NCBI RefSeq assembly: GCF_963853765.1
Contig: NC_088860.1
Coordinates: 30,628,001-30,692,000, forward strand
Direction of reading: 5' to 3'
DNA from: Magallana gigas
Taxonomy: Eukaryota
Length of the DNA: 64,000 nt
This document shows, piece by piece, positions 1 to 12,000 of the stretch. Position numbers and translations under genes: made by a program. The first letter of the stretch is position 1; the number at the start of each line of letters is the position of its first letter. Under the pieces are notes generated by a model. That model was not told where the DNA came from and made no database searches. It saw nothing but the letters and a program-made list of their open reading frames with translations.

Positions 1-236
1 CTGGAACAATATTTTCAACAATCAGGGTTTAAAAAATTCTTAATGAAAATACTTTTCAGAGAACAGACAATCATATAATGTTAAGATTTAGTTTTCTCGT
101 ATAAAAGGCTTCACAATATATGCAAAGTAGTCTAGGTTTAGATTTCATCCTACACTGCTTCAGTCCGACGGTCCTGAGGGCATGTCTAAGTCTAACCAGC
201 TACTAACTAACAGTAGCTCGACGACAAAATACTTAC

Positions 237-317
237 CCAACATAGAAAGTTGAAGAAGAAAAGAACGTATTTTACAAAAGGGCTAACAAAAGAGTCCACT
301 GGACCACAGCAAGGCAT
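237..317 (-). CDS. TSPAN33: First coding exon of a TspanC8-type tetraspanin, TSPAN33-like (gene continues off the left edge)
   Basis: Minus strand ATG at 317 reads MPCCGPVDSFVSPFVKYVLFFFNFLCW, then a GTAAGT donor (intron starts at 236). This closely resembles the recalled TSPAN33 N-terminus/TM1 (FSFVSPLVKYLLFFFNMLFW). Too short for the ORF track; only one exon is visible, so paralog assignment is tentative. Confidence 0.75.
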
Positions 318-2980
318 CTTTAACGACAAAGTACGTCCTATCTGTTTACAGTTTAGCTTTTGTTTTTCACACCATCAATTAAGAGCATTCCGAACCCGAT
401 CTTCTTTTTGGATTTAAAGCTCGCCTGGATCAGTACAGTATCCGCATACTATTTATTTACGGATTCCTAGACCTAGAAAGACTATAGAGACAATTGTAGA
501 TGATCAACGTAATTTAGGTTTTAAAAATAGAATAGAATATATCATTTTTTAATAATTGCTTCTATATGTGTGCTACAATCATGAGGTTTACAGGCCTCAC
601 TACTCACCTGAATATTTATGACACGCCCTACTAAAAAATATCAAAAATCCTGGATACAGTATGTGTTTTAATTTTTCAACGACTTAATAGGTTCAGGAAA
701 AATTGTATTTTCATTAATATCAAAGTTCTTGTGAGCCATCATCATAATGTGTCGAGCCAAAAACATCCAGCTCATTACGTACATGAGAAAAAAGTTGGTG
801 TTCGAAATTTTTATTTTAGATCAGTTAAATCCAATTTACATTCAAAATTATTTTTTTAAAAGATGCACATTTACTTTTTCTTTACTAATATGTTACTTCT
901 ACTGACTGACACTTTTGTGCAGCTTTAATCCACAATGCATTCAAAGTCACAATACGTCCCTTGCATGCAGACAGTAAATTAAGTCAGAGTAAAATTTAAT
1001 CTCATTGGGAGATATTGAGGTCCAAAACTGGATTTCTGATATGCCCTATCTTTTTTCCTAAAATCTTGGTTCAAGGTGATTGCACGCTTTTAAGCCACAA
1101 GCACCGAGAGCAAAGTATGAGACAGATTGCGCTAATAGAGAAAATATGCTCAAGACAAGTGATGTCAGATGGACAAACTGATCACTATATAGTGTGCAGG
1201 TAGAGGTGGGCCCTGATAAATTTACATAAAAATCATAAAACTAAAATAATGATATACACTCCTGCAGGGTAAGATAACACACTGGGGTTCAAATGGTTTA
1301 TCATTGTGGCCCAGAAAGTGCCTTATCATTAAATGAATGGAAACTTGATTATTTCAAATAAAGATGACTTACTTTGTACTTTAGAATTGGTAGAACAAGA
1401 GTTGCCACATGTTTTTAATGTTGGGGGTACTGAGGCATACAACAAAGAAATAACATGCATATTGATTCATACATTTATTTTTAAGTAGTGAAACATACAT
1501 TCAACCTATGATAAATGTTCAATATGTATATAAATATACAAATACAACTTTCATATAAAGAAAATGAAATGTTTAATGACTCTCTAACCCTTTGAGATAC
1601 CTTCCTGTCTAAGCATATAAATGTTCCCTGCAAAAGTATAGTTTGACAAATACATACGGTATATAATAACTCTAATAAGACAATAAATATGTAATACATC
1701 TATCCATAAATGATAAGAGTCCTGTAACAAATCTTTCAATAAATAATCTTAACCATAAGGTCAAAGGACAGTGTGACAAGGTGAAAAAGTCACCATACAA
1801 CCTAATATGTAATGAGAAGAAAATTTTTTATTGAGCCTTCTCTCACATGAGTCAGTGATAAATGAATAAAATAATGACCCACCAAAATGTGATACACATA
1901 AAATGAAAATGAAAACTTTTCTACTATTGACAAGCAAACTGGCAAAAAAATCCCATTATGTTCTTAAAATATTAGAAAATACAAAATGATATTGAGTAGT
2001 TGATATCATAACCCTGACCTAACATACACCAAATCACATGTGTAACACATTTCTCACAAATTACATGCATAAAGTTAAGTTTCAAATTCAGATGGCATTA
2101 ATTGTTTTGAGATCACAAATTAAACATTGAAAACCAATTGCTACTTGTTTGTGTTTCAAGTACAAACATATTAAATAAGTGCAATAGTGTAGCTAAATTC
2201 TGGATGTAAGAGGAGATTAAAATTGCTGCAGATATTAGTAACTTTCATCAGCGATCCATTAAATGATTATTGACTAATCAATTATACTGTAAATTTCATT
2301 TTACATCTGCATGTTTTTGCTCGTTCTTTTCTAAACAACCTAGTATAATTGAAAGATTTTCAACTTATTATACCCATTTCAATATTTTTTGCATATTTAA
2401 AAAAAAACAGGTCTTTTTTTGTTAATAAAGAAATTTTTAAGAAAGAAATTTAAGTTGCCATTTTATCTAAAGTGTATCTAAAATGCACTAATCTTTAAGT
2501 ATAAAAAGCATGATATATTCTAATTACATAGTGGATATACAAAGTATCAAAAGGTACTATGGGTATACATAAAGTTTTTACTAGTTTTTGGACAATTGAA
2601 AATTCAATTTTTATAATGAAAATTTGTTTTCAGTGTATTTCTTTATAAATGAATTAAAATATCTAATTAGAGTGGGGCTAAGTTATTGCAAAAATGAAGC
2701 ATTCATGCAACAATGTAGACCCACTCTAATCTTTTTTTTAATCTGGCATGTTTGAGGGAAGCTGTTTTTACTAACAATCTACACATAGTTGTACAAAATA
2801 ATTTTTTTTTTTTTACTTCAGGCAAGCTTTTCTGGTTTATTTTCCTCTCTATCTTAGGATTAGAATGAAATAATTCATCCATTAAAGCAATATGCATTAG
2901 ACAAACTGTTTGTATTTTTTGGACTCAAATTATTAATCTATTGAAAAATTGTTGAAACAAAAAATCCAGACATAATAAAA

Positions 2981-3472
2981 CTAGAACTCCTGTTCTGACT
3001 CCTCAGAATCCCATTCACAAGCCTCAACTTCATCAAAGTCCATTTGTACATCATATTCGAAACCCGGATCTCCCGGCTTTTTCAGATTCTTTTCAAAGGT
3101 GTCTTCCATGATTGACTTTTTTCTCCTGAGTGTTTCATCATCAAGTTTATTAAGATCTTCCTCTGGATCGAGTTTGTCAATCTCGTCATTTCTTGCTAAA
3201 CTCTCTTCCAAGGACATTCCACTTAACTTATCCTTTATAATAGATACGAGTCTGTACAGTTGAAATTTTGGCATGCATTTCAAATATTTGCTGTGTCTAG
3301 GATTTGACAGTAATTCATCAACAGTTGCATCAACACTTGAGTTTTTATTAAAATGCCGAAGAGGCATAGTTCTTCTGTGCATTTTCCCTGTATCTTTGAT
3401 GAGGTAATTTAACACAAGGGCAGGAGGAGTGAACTTTACTCCACACCTCTTTACTTCTATTCCATCTCCCAT
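2981..3472 (-). CDS. CEP19: Centrosomal protein of 19 kDa (163 aa, single coding exon)
   Basis: Acceptor tttacag|A-ATG at 3473 puts the start at 3472 (MGDGIEVKRCGVKFTPPALVLNY), not the ORF-track start. The C-terminal DLNKLDDETLRRKKSIMEDTFEKNLKKPGDPGFEYDVQMDF is typical of CEP19. A probable non-coding exon 1 lies at ~5695-5770 (GTATGT donor). Confidence 0.92.
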   Translation of the reverse strand: MGDGIEVKRCGVKFTPPALVLNYLIKDTGKMHRRTMPLRHFNKNSSVDATVDELLSNPRHSKYLKCMPKFQLYRLVSIIKDKLSGMSLEESLARNDEIDKLDPEEDLNKLDDETLRRKKSIMEDTFEKNLKKPGDPGFEYDVQMDFDEVEACEWDSEESEQEF

Positions 3473-4124
3473 TCTGTAAAACATTAAACAAGCTTTCATA
3501 ACTTTATAATATTGTTACATCTACAAATATATATTTGCAATGAAAAAAGGAATCCAAGATTACTTGAAAGGAATTATTAGTTTTCTTAAGGCCTTCATTC
3601 TAAACATGTTTACATATTAAACATATTTTTCACATGCTAGACAGAAGACCAAAAGTAAGGGAAATTATATGATTGAAAGAATTGAAAAATCAAATCAATT
3701 CATACTTTGATTTTTAACATAATTACATTATGTAGAATTTAAGCTTCTCAAATGTTATAAAATCAAATAGAAAATATAACTTCAGACTTCATTCATTGCC
3801 AACTTGCATCTATGTCAGAAGTAATTTTGGGCAACAGGAAGTTTCGATGTGATGCATGTCATTTTGACCCATTGTTTCGACCAGCAAAATTTCAGGTTTA
3901 TGTAGCTCACTGTTAAACTAAAATGGAATCAACGATTAATGAGTTTAAACACTATTAATACTGCCGACTTCTGCATTCTGGGGTTTATTTGAACCTTTCA
4001 CAATAAACATTTACAGGTTTACAATAAAAGAACCTAATAAATAAAATATCCTATTCCGTTTATATATATATATTTTTTGCATGCCATACAATGTCGGTCG
4101 AAACGTCTCAGGTTGAAACGAATC

Positions 4125-5485
4125 CGGGATGGTTCGCACCTATTCTGTTTCGCGCTGAGATGATTCGCACCTCGATGTTCCGCACCTGCCTCGGAGCAAA
4201 CATCTCACTGTATTAAGATATTTTTCTCGTTTTATTATTGCTCTGAAATTAATTATAATCTATATAAGAATTGAAATAAGTTAAAAAAAACTTGCATTTG
4301 TTTGCATTTAATATAATATGCGCCACTAGTATAACGGTTTTTGTTCCTGTTTTCGCGGTGGGTTTTTTATGAGGCCTTTGAAGCCATTGCATTATTATAT
4401 AGGTTCAGAACAAGAGGTATTAATTGCGTTGTGATAACAATTATAGCATGACTTTCTCTTGTGATTTACCTGTATTTTTATGAAAAATTAGGGGTGTTAT
4501 TGCAGGTTATTATGTACTACAGATCTAAAGGTGGAGATAATTTAATTACATCACTTTTCTGCTTTAAACTTTAAATTGCCCCCTCAGCATCCATTCAACT
4601 ATACCATTTTTGTACTACTTATGAATAAAAGTAATGTGTGAAATTGTTTGATACATGTGTAATTTCCATTCCCATATATTTATTAATTAATAATTTTCAT
4701 TGGAGAATGACATACAAATTACACACGAAAATAACACACATATACATGTAGTTCTATATACAGAATCGTTACTCTTAATATTGTGGATCTTGTACATAGT
4801 GGTAAAAAAAGAAATTCATAAATTATCTTTTAAAACTACTTGCAAACAATTGTTTGTATAATTAAGTATACCATATGCATTTTTTTTTTATGTGTTCTCC
4901 GAATTTTTCAATTAAAGCATTATTGATGTGCCTGCACATGGCACAGATTGATATATTCAATTCAATAACAGATTAATGTTATGATTAGTAATGCAGTTAT
5001 ACCGGTAACATTTTTTTTTACAGTTGCTTTCAAGTATTGTTCACCAGAGAATGTTAAAAAATTGTCATTTAAGATTTAATTGCCAAACTTAGCGGGTGTT
5101 GTCTAAGCTATTGGTAATTGATTATTCCTAATGACTTAATTGTTTGTGCAATTAATTATATGAATAAATTATTGTGTTATTTCAGAGAATAATTAGTATG
5201 GTCTTCGAATAGTTACCGGTATTACTGCATTACTAATCATAACATTAATCTGTTACTGAATTGATATACATGCAGGCACATCAATAATGATTTAATTGAA
5301 AAAGTATTTTTATTTCATAAATATTTTGAAATATTAACTTAACATTTACATGTATATGTTTCATTAATTATTTATTATTTAGAATGTATTCGATGTGAAA
5401 CATTGCGGTGCGAACCATCTCAGCGCGAAACAGAATAGGTGCGAACCATCTCAGCGCGAAACATGTATAGGTGCGAAACATCCCG
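4125..5485. mobile_element. Non-autonomous foldback/MITE with subterminal repeats and a second internal inverted repeat, in CEP19 intron 1
   Basis: Outer inverted ends CGGGATGGTTCGCACC (4125) and GGTGCGAAACATCCCG (5485), with a tandem GGTGCGAACCATCTCAGCGCGAAACA unit at 5408-5462. Inner arms ~4905-5009 and ~5212-5302 are reverse complements. Confidence 0.7.
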
Positions 5486-5694
5486 TACCCGTTGAAACAC
5501 CCATCGGGTCTCAAAGCCGAGGATCGAAACATCCAATTGGGTCGAATAACCCGAATTCTGCTAAAGGATGCCACATTCTTTTATTTTTAAACTGATAACA
5601 ATGTGATTAAAAATATATAATGTGTCAATATAAAAACAATAGTTCACACTTAATCTAAAAACAACAAAGATCGTGCTTCTGATGTTGCACATAC

Positions 5695-6037
5695 TTGATA
5701 TCACCAACCGTGCACCTGCAGGGCAACCTAGTTTGCTTCTCAGACGTCCATGTTTAAACAAATATGCAGAGCGCTTGCGCAGATGAATAGAAACAAATGT
5801 ACTCGATAAACTTAGAATATTTCACCTAAAATCAAGAAAAAATGTCAGTCATGGATTTTTTATGGAATTGATAAAAAATAATTGTTTATTCTTGTTGTTT
5901 ATACACGAGTAAAAACCATAGTTTTGGGTTCCTTACAGAATTATTAATGTATTTTATTTATCGGATATTTTTCCTTACGCATGCGTACTAACGAACCGCC
6001 TATACAATATGGTGGACAAAAGCTCCTCGGAGAACTA
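5695..6037. promoter_or_regulatory. Bidirectional promoter region shared by CEP19 (-) and EMSY (+)
   Basis: Divergent first exons end in donors at 5694 (-) and 6038 (+). NRF1-like GCGCTTGCGC at 5771-5780 and palindromic TACGCATGCGTA at 5976-5987. Confidence 0.6.
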
Positions 6038-9000
6038 GTGAGATACAATTTTATCGTACAAAGAGTTAATGGCTTGAGTTTGTGCAATTTAATGAACATT
6101 TAAGCAAATTATATATTTCAAATGTTGCTTTGCAAGTTATGATATATTTTTAGATACGCTTTTTAGTCAAAGAATGTACTTTTTCCCCCTGTTGGTCACC
6201 TTTTTACTGAAGTCGGTCACATTTTCCCATGTCTTTGACACTGAATGGATCTAGATGTCATCTCAAAACATTGATTATAAACTAAATACTATTTTTCTTT
6301 TATGGCAATATATTTTTTTCGCATTCAATACCTTCATCGAATTTAAGTGCAAGAACCAATTTGAAGTGTCTGAAGCTGAAGGATTTATTTGTTAAAGAAT
6401 ATATCTTATCTGTTACTGAATAGTTTAAAAATAAAAGATTTAGAATGTATACCACTTCTTAAACTTCAAGACCAGACGTGATTTGATTAACTGAAAGTCT
6501 GTGATGAATGTAAAATCATAGCAATGATATTTGCAAATGGGTCAAATCACTGCGAGCACAGCTATACTATAATTGTGTCTGGCAGAATGTATGTTTGTTT
6601 GCTTATAATGTGTTAGCCCTTGACAATATTTGCCTTAGTTTCTATTTGCCTAGAGTCTGTTTGTCCGAAATTTAAAGATTTAACAATATTTTTAAATATT
6701 AGATTTTTAAAATGAAAAATGTTTTTCATTGAACATACCTGTCTGATGTCATTGGCAATTACATATGTAAATCGAGAGATAAAAAACAAGATGAAACAAA
6801 AATCCAATAAAAAATTGTCAGATTTTTAAACTTTTGTTACCTATTTTCCAGTACCATGTGGCCTATGTTGCTGGACATAAGTAAGGAAGAATGTAAGCGT
6901 ATATTGCGTAGAATGGAGCTGGAAGCCTATTGCTCCATAGTGTCAGCTTTTAGAGCCCAAGGAGATCTCACAAAGGACAAGAAAAAGATCTTGCAAGATC
7001 TACAAACTACACTCAGGTAAAAAAAACATCAGTAGAATATCTAAGAATCCATAATCAAATGAAACTTAGAAATGTATTACTAATAGATGATAACAAAGAA
7101 ATCAAAAAGTTCTATGAAAATTATTCTTTCTTTGCAGTATTTCCACAGAGAGACATAGAGCAGAGGTTAGAAGAGCTGTCAATGATGAGAAACTGGCAAC
7201 AATTGCAGATCAGTGAGTTAAAAACCTGAATTTTATTTCATGTCATAATGTTCTAGGTCTTGTTGAATACTTTACTTTTGAACTGAAATATTTTTTAGCA
7301 TGTGTGGACCCAGTACAGATGCAGAGTGGATGATCGAGGGAAGGCGGCTTATTCCACTGATGCCGCGTCTTGTTCCGCAAACAGCCTTTACTGTCACAGC
7401 CAATCAGATGGCTAATCTACAGGCAGAGAAAAACGCAGCCATGCCAAGTCCATCTAGAACAGGAAGTAAAGAGAGTAAGCTTTTAAGGCTTCCAAAGACT
7501 TTGTCAACTACCCTTACCTCAACAGTGGCCCTATTTTTAGGGCCTTACATAAAAGAGGCCCTGTAAGAAGCATAAAGTTTCATCTTGATTATTATTTCAA
7601 AGCCCCTCAAGTTCTTTTCCTTGTGTTGCAGCAGGCAGTACTTCCTCCAGTCCACCCACCCCTGTAAGTGGGACTGTCACCAAAGTCACCAGACCATCCA
7701 GTCCTAACTCCAATGTGGTGGTACTACCAAGTGGAATGTCTATACACATCAAAGGTTTGCATTTTATATGTCTTATTATTTATGAAAATAATGAAATTTA
7801 AGGGTTCTCTCCCCTAATTCTACTTTTAGTTTTGATTGAAACTGAAAAATTTCATTGAAGACTGAGATTAGCTGATGCATCAAGAAAATTGCAAAATTTA
7901 TGGTTGGTTACCCACTGATTGTCTGGTATATGCTTACTGTGGTTTCATCAATATTCGTTGAATACCAATTTTCGTGGATTTCGTTGTTTAGTTGATCCAC
8001 GAAATTAAATGTTCATTGAAGTGCAATTTTTATTAACATTTTGTATTGATAGAGTCATTGGCCACGAATTTACGTATTCTTGAAACTGTGATTTTCACTT
8101 TACCCACGAAAATTGTTGCCTTTGAAAATTAATGAAACCACAGTACTTAGTATTTTTAAAACTTGTTAAATCTTGCACTAGTAGTTTTTAAGCATATGGA
8201 GGACCCTACAGTGGGTTCTGAAAAACGAGTTGAACAATGACATAATCTTTTTTAGAGCATCATGTTGTGAGACACTATAACCAGTTTCATTGAATCAGAA
8301 AATCAAAAACTGACAGATATTATGGTTTTCTCTCAAGTTACATCCCAGTTTTTTTCACTGTTTTGATAATGATGAAAATCTTTTCAGGTGGACTAAATAC
8401 TGAAGATGAAGAAGAAATGCCTTCCAGAAAAAGGAGGAGGAGCCAGTCTTCTTCGTCAGACTCCATCAACATCGTGTCCCCATCAGCAGGAACCCAGACC
8501 CCCAGGGTCACCTACTCCACTGCAGCAAGCTCCTCCTCAGGAATGTCCCCTGTCAAAATCACAATCAGCAAGAGTCCCCAGACCCGGCCACAGGTCACTG
8601 CCTCCAGTCAGGCCCAAAAGGTTAGGCACAATAGATTTTGGCACTCTGTAAAGAAGAGCTTGTATAGATAGTTTACAATAGATTCAATTTCAGCCAGAGT
8701 TGTTTACTGTCAGATCCTATGTTGGAAGAAAATAAGCATAGATTCCTTTATTTATTGTTCAACCAAATTTAAGTTGTCATACTAGGCATGTTGATGTAGA
8801 TGACACTTTTTTTCTGAGAAATAAACCTTTGCATACTTTAATAGGTAATTTTAACATTGCAAGTGTTTAAAAATTGTTTAAAAACCAGTTTGATCTGCTA
8901 GATGGTGGCAAAGGGACATAAATCAGAGGGAAATGTGTTATACAAAAACTTATCTATAGCAGATTATTGCAGATGCTTATTCAATTGGTAGCCCATGATC

Positions 9001-12000
9001 TGTCTGACCAATTTCTTTTGATTGCTATTCATCCAACTTCATGCGCATTTGTCTACGACTCGATTTTGACCCCTATTGATTTTTAGAGCAAAGTGTCAAT
9101 GTGTACTGGGTGAACTATGTGAAATGTCCAAATAATGAGTACTTTCTTTGTCATTGAAATCATGTATAAATTGGCCAATTTCCATTACCAGTGGAAGATC
9201 CAAATTACTATTTAAGGATTTGGGAGAATTCAGTGGAAAAAAAGAACTTGTTGTGGATTTGTCTTAAATCTTATGATATATTGAGCCTATCCACTTAGAG
9301 TTATACGGTTCTTTTTAAACAGGTTATACTGGTGTCCAGTTCAGGTCAAGCATCATCATCCAGCATCCTTCATCAGAAATCTATCACAGTTCCAGTGGTG
9401 AAAACAACCAGTTCATTAGGTGGGACGCACAATCAAAAATCATCCAACATCCTTCCAAACTCTGGAGGTTCATCCAATACAAACCTGGGAAACATAGTCA
9501 CAATGGCCACATCCATGTCTTCCAGTGCAACAGCAAGTATGTTCAATATTACACACATACCATTACCTGTACACTGTACATGGAAAACCTTTTTCAATGT
9601 TTAAGTCTGTTTTTAGAAGTGAAATGTTTAAGTACTTGCTTTTAATTTCAGATTCTTCATCTACAGCTGTCACATCATCCACTATGACCTTTTTAACACC
9701 AACGGTCAGCATCCAGAAACCTCGCCCCAAGACAGTTCCTAGACAGAGATTCCCTGTGGTAAGGTTTTGCAAATTTTTTACCATAGCTAATTTATTTCAA
9801 ATTTCAGTTTTATTGGAATATTCCTATATTGTAGTTATTAGCTTTTTCAGTTTAATAGCAATATTCCTATAATGTAGTTTGTGTGAGGTTGTCAATACTT
9901 CTTTGTTAAAAAGTAAAACTTCATGTAAATTTCATGTTTAATATTGTATGTAAATCTTAATATGCAGTATACATGTGTAACTGATATAGATACATGTACA
10001 GAAATGGTCGTCATGGATTTTGTTTGATTTCAGAGCCAAGGTCAGCATAAACCAGGAGTGGTCATTCCCATGGGACCACAGCCAGTGCAGCCCTCCCCTC
10101 AATCAATGCAGAACATTCAAATTAAACCTGTTGGGAAATCCCCCTCCACAATTCAGATCAGACAAGAGGGAGGTTAGTTAATAATTTTTCACTCCTTATA
10201 GATCCTTTTTTCAAGTGTTGTGAAACTCAGATGCATAAACAAAACTCCATTTATTTTACAGGCATGAAGATTATCACCCAGAGTTTCCCAGGATCTAGCG
10301 GTAGTAAGATTCTGCCCAAGCCCTCAGGGTTACCGACCAGCTCTGGCACCCCAGTGGTTGTGGTCAGTCCCGGATCCTCCACAGCCTCCAATGTCACTAT
10401 GATGACCAAGCCCATCACCTCTATAGGTATGAAGTCAGTCATGACAAAAAATAAAACTGATAGTTGTGTCTCGCAGAGTAATAATGAGACGTAACTCCCA
10501 GATTTTTTTTTTGCGCTCTTAGCGTATTCAATCAGAATCACATTGTTTACTAATGAAAGCTAAGCTTTTGACGTCATATTAATGTCAAAAAAAGTAGGCT
10601 GCTAGCTTTTACAAAGTGTTATAAAACTTAAATCTGCTACACTGGAAACTTTGCAGTATCATGACCGACAGATGTTTATTTGCAACAAACCTTTAAATTA
10701 ATGATGCATTGTTCGCAATTATTGCTATAGTGTTAAATGTCAAATATTTATAGGTCAAGCTGGCACAAAGATTTTGAACATTACAACACAAGGTGGAAAG
10801 GTCATCTCTACCTCCAGTCGTGGTCCTAACGTTGTGACGGTGAATCCCAAAACGCTGCACCTCACAGCTGTCAAATCAGGAGCAGGGGGAAGTAAGTCAG
10901 GTTATCCATCACTTTTATAGTCAACAATCTTGTAGGAGTAGTAGATTAAAAAATACTTAGCATATTATTTTTGAAACTCATTTAACAGTGGATTGCAAAA
11001 TGTGTTTTAGGTGGAAAGCCAAATGTGATTGTTGTACAAAAGACTCAGCCACGGCGACTTTCTGGAACGCCAACCTCTTCTGCAAAGGGGACCACTGTCA
11101 TATCAAGTCCATTTGAAAAGGTCTGTGTATCCTGCTGTGTCTGTAAAAGTATTGAGGAATTGACAAATATTCAGAAAGATATGTAGTTACATGAACAAAA
11201 TGAATAAATAGTGGAGGTAATATTTCACATTTCAGGAATTGATGAGTTTTCTCCAGAAGCAAGACAGTACTAAGCACATTGTGGTTACATCTGCCTCTGG
11301 TGGTCATAGACCAATAGAAAGAAAAGTCATTGTAACAACACCAGGACAACTAGAGGCTACAAGACAGGTAGTGCATACAGAAAAAGTAGTGTTATGAACA
11401 TGCTACTGGCAATCTCCAAATATTTATTTTGCCTTAAAGCTTTTTGTGCATCTTCTACTTAGCCATTTATATGGTAGTTAATTTACTGATTAATTTTGAT
11501 AAAACAAAAGAGGAGGGAGAATAGTTATTAAAGAACAATATTGCTTGAGGGCTTAGAGATTTAGAGGGCTCTACTGTAGGATAACGAAAATAATTTATCT
11601 GTTGTAGAGGGTTCGCATTGAGAATGCGGAAGGGAAGTTGATCCAGGATCTGATCCAAGCGGCCAGTCAGGAGTCGGAGGGGGGAGGGGACGTCACCATC
11701 AACCTGGACGAGGCCACGCTGGCAGCCCTGACAGGAAACACTGGCAGTCAGCCTTCGGAGACCGTCACCAGTAAAGGTGGGTGGGCTTCATTGTCTCAGT
11801 CTCACAATCTTTGATGCGTAGGATTTATCATCTATAATGCAAAAGTTTCTACTATTTATCCCATGTTTTGGCTGAATTTTCACTGAATCGGCACATAAAA
11901 ATAAAGTTTTGATATAATATGAATTGGGAGTTGCAATGGTTCTTGGGCAATACCAATGATAGATGTTTTAATATCTTGTGCGTATGAAAAAGACTACCAA

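Noticed and set aside
5368-5595. Overlapping 66-68 aa ORFs on both strands
   Set aside because: They coincide with the repeated terminal motifs of the MITE and have no splice or homology support.
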